From an uncultured Cytophagia bacterium (GTDB taxonomy: Bacteria; Zhuqueibacterota; Zhuqueibacteria; Zhuqueibacterales; Zhuqueibacteraceae): a stretch of DNA of 32,000 bases. The stretch's first letter is position 1; each line of letters begins with the position of its first letter. The notes under the pieces are model-generated. The model did no database searches and was not told the DNA's origin. It saw only the letters and a program-made list of their open reading frames with translations. The stretch spans positions 89,059-121,058 of the forward strand of contig CAYWGH010000020.1 of NCBI GenBank assembly GCA_964457925.1. Direction: 5' to 3'. A program made the translations under genes and the position numbers. Positions 31,524-32,000 of the stretch are shown here, in pieces.

Positions 31524-32000
31524 ATGCCTGAATTCATGATTTTTGGCCGCAACCCGATTGCCGAGGCGCTTGCGGCTGAAGTACCGCTTAGACGGTTGAT
31601 CCTGGCTCAGGGCGCGTCCGGCGCAGACATCGATGCCTTCGTGCAGCAAGCCAAAGCGAGAAAAATACCGCTGCAAAATGTGCCGCGCGCCGAACTGGAT
31701 CGTCTGGCCAAAACCAACAAGCATCAAGGCATTTTGGCATTCATGGCGCAGCTTGATTATGTCAGTTGTGAAACGATCCTTGCCCGGGTTGAGCGGCGTG
31801 AGCCGAAGGAAAAACCGGCGCTGATGTTATTGGACGGCGTGGAGGATCCACGCAATCTCGGCGCGATCATTCGCGTGGCCGAGGGCGCTGGCATGCACGG
31901 CCTGGTTATCACCAAAAATCGTTGCGCCGAAGTGACGCCCGTGACGATTAAAACTGCAGCCGGCGCAGCATTTCATCTGCCGATTGCACAAGTTCCAAAC
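31524..32000 (+). CDS. rlmB: 23S rRNA (guanosine-2'-O)-methyltransferase, RlmB/TrmH (SpoU) family, 5' part (runs off the right edge)
   Basis: This is my own translation, since the gene is open at the window edge: MPEFMIFGRNPIAEALAAE...IPLQNVPRAELDRLAKTNKHQGILAFM...LLDGVEDPRNLGAIIRVAEGAGMHGLVI.... The SpoU substrate-binding N-terminal domain and methylase motif 1 are both visible. A GGAGAG sequence lies upstream of the ATG. Confidence 0.85.
   Translation, partial: MPEFMIFGRNPIAEALAAEVPLRRLILAQGASGADIDAFVQQAKARKIPLQNVPRAELDRLAKTNKHQGILAFMAQLDYVSCETILARVERREPKEKPALMLLDGVEDPRNLGAIIRVAEGAGMHGLVITKNRCAEVTPVTIKTAAGAAFHLPIAQVPN

Noticed and set aside
1-32000. A search for CRISPR arrays, tRNA or rRNA genes, integrases or transposases, and known defence-system genes other than hicAB.
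   Set aside because: I saw no regularly spaced short direct repeats and no cloverleaf-like or rRNA-like segments in the intergenic regions. I saw no recombinase, nuclease or helicase signatures in any ORF. The only repeats found are the two 146-bp copies and the 13-nt motif reported above.

Overview
The window looks like ordinary chromosome from a Gram-negative bacterium. Several protein families (two-component regulator propeller kinase, choice-of-anchor J, GWxTD, DUF4920, TolB/Omp85 mosaic) suggest an FCB-superphylum-like lineage. That lineage call is inference only. Shine-Dalgarno sites and TTGACA-N17-TAnnnT promoters are clearly used.

I support about 27 protein genes.
- Minus strand, 1-11063: a four-gene cluster of secreted, outer-membrane and membrane proteins of unknown function; a NarL/LuxR response regulator; a hicB-hicA toxin-antitoxin pair; a large propeller-type sensor kinase; and an MFS transporter.
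- Plus strand, 11335-21050: aroC, aroK, an aroQ-GAF fusion, lon, an allantoinase-like amidohydrolase, pgi and an RmlD-like reductase.
- 21174-32000: hsp20, DUF971, a DUF4920 lipoprotein, a NodU/CmcH carbamoyltransferase with an SxtJ-like partner, a minus-strand operon (peptidase-MA/TolB/Omp85 mosaic protein, GWxTD protein, small 4-TM protein), a small Cys-rich protein, a lipoprotein and the 5' part of rlmB.

I found no rRNA, tRNA, CRISPR array, transposase or integrase.

The most interesting items are:
1. A ~146-bp hairpin-rich intergenic repeat in two direct copies flanking the kinase-hicBA block, which splits the kinase from its regulator.
2. The uncharacterised envelope cluster, in which two adjacent proteins share a Trp/acidic/Arg motif plus a small C-terminal beta module.
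3. The dehydroquinase-GAF (free-Met-sulfoxide-reductase-like) fusion.
4. A near-consensus sigma54 promoter in front of hsp20.
5. The metalloprotease-TolB-Omp85 mosaic gene co-oriented with a GWxTD gene.

Nothing here matches a known defence or mobile island. All functional readings of the novel items are hypotheses that need database searches or experiments.
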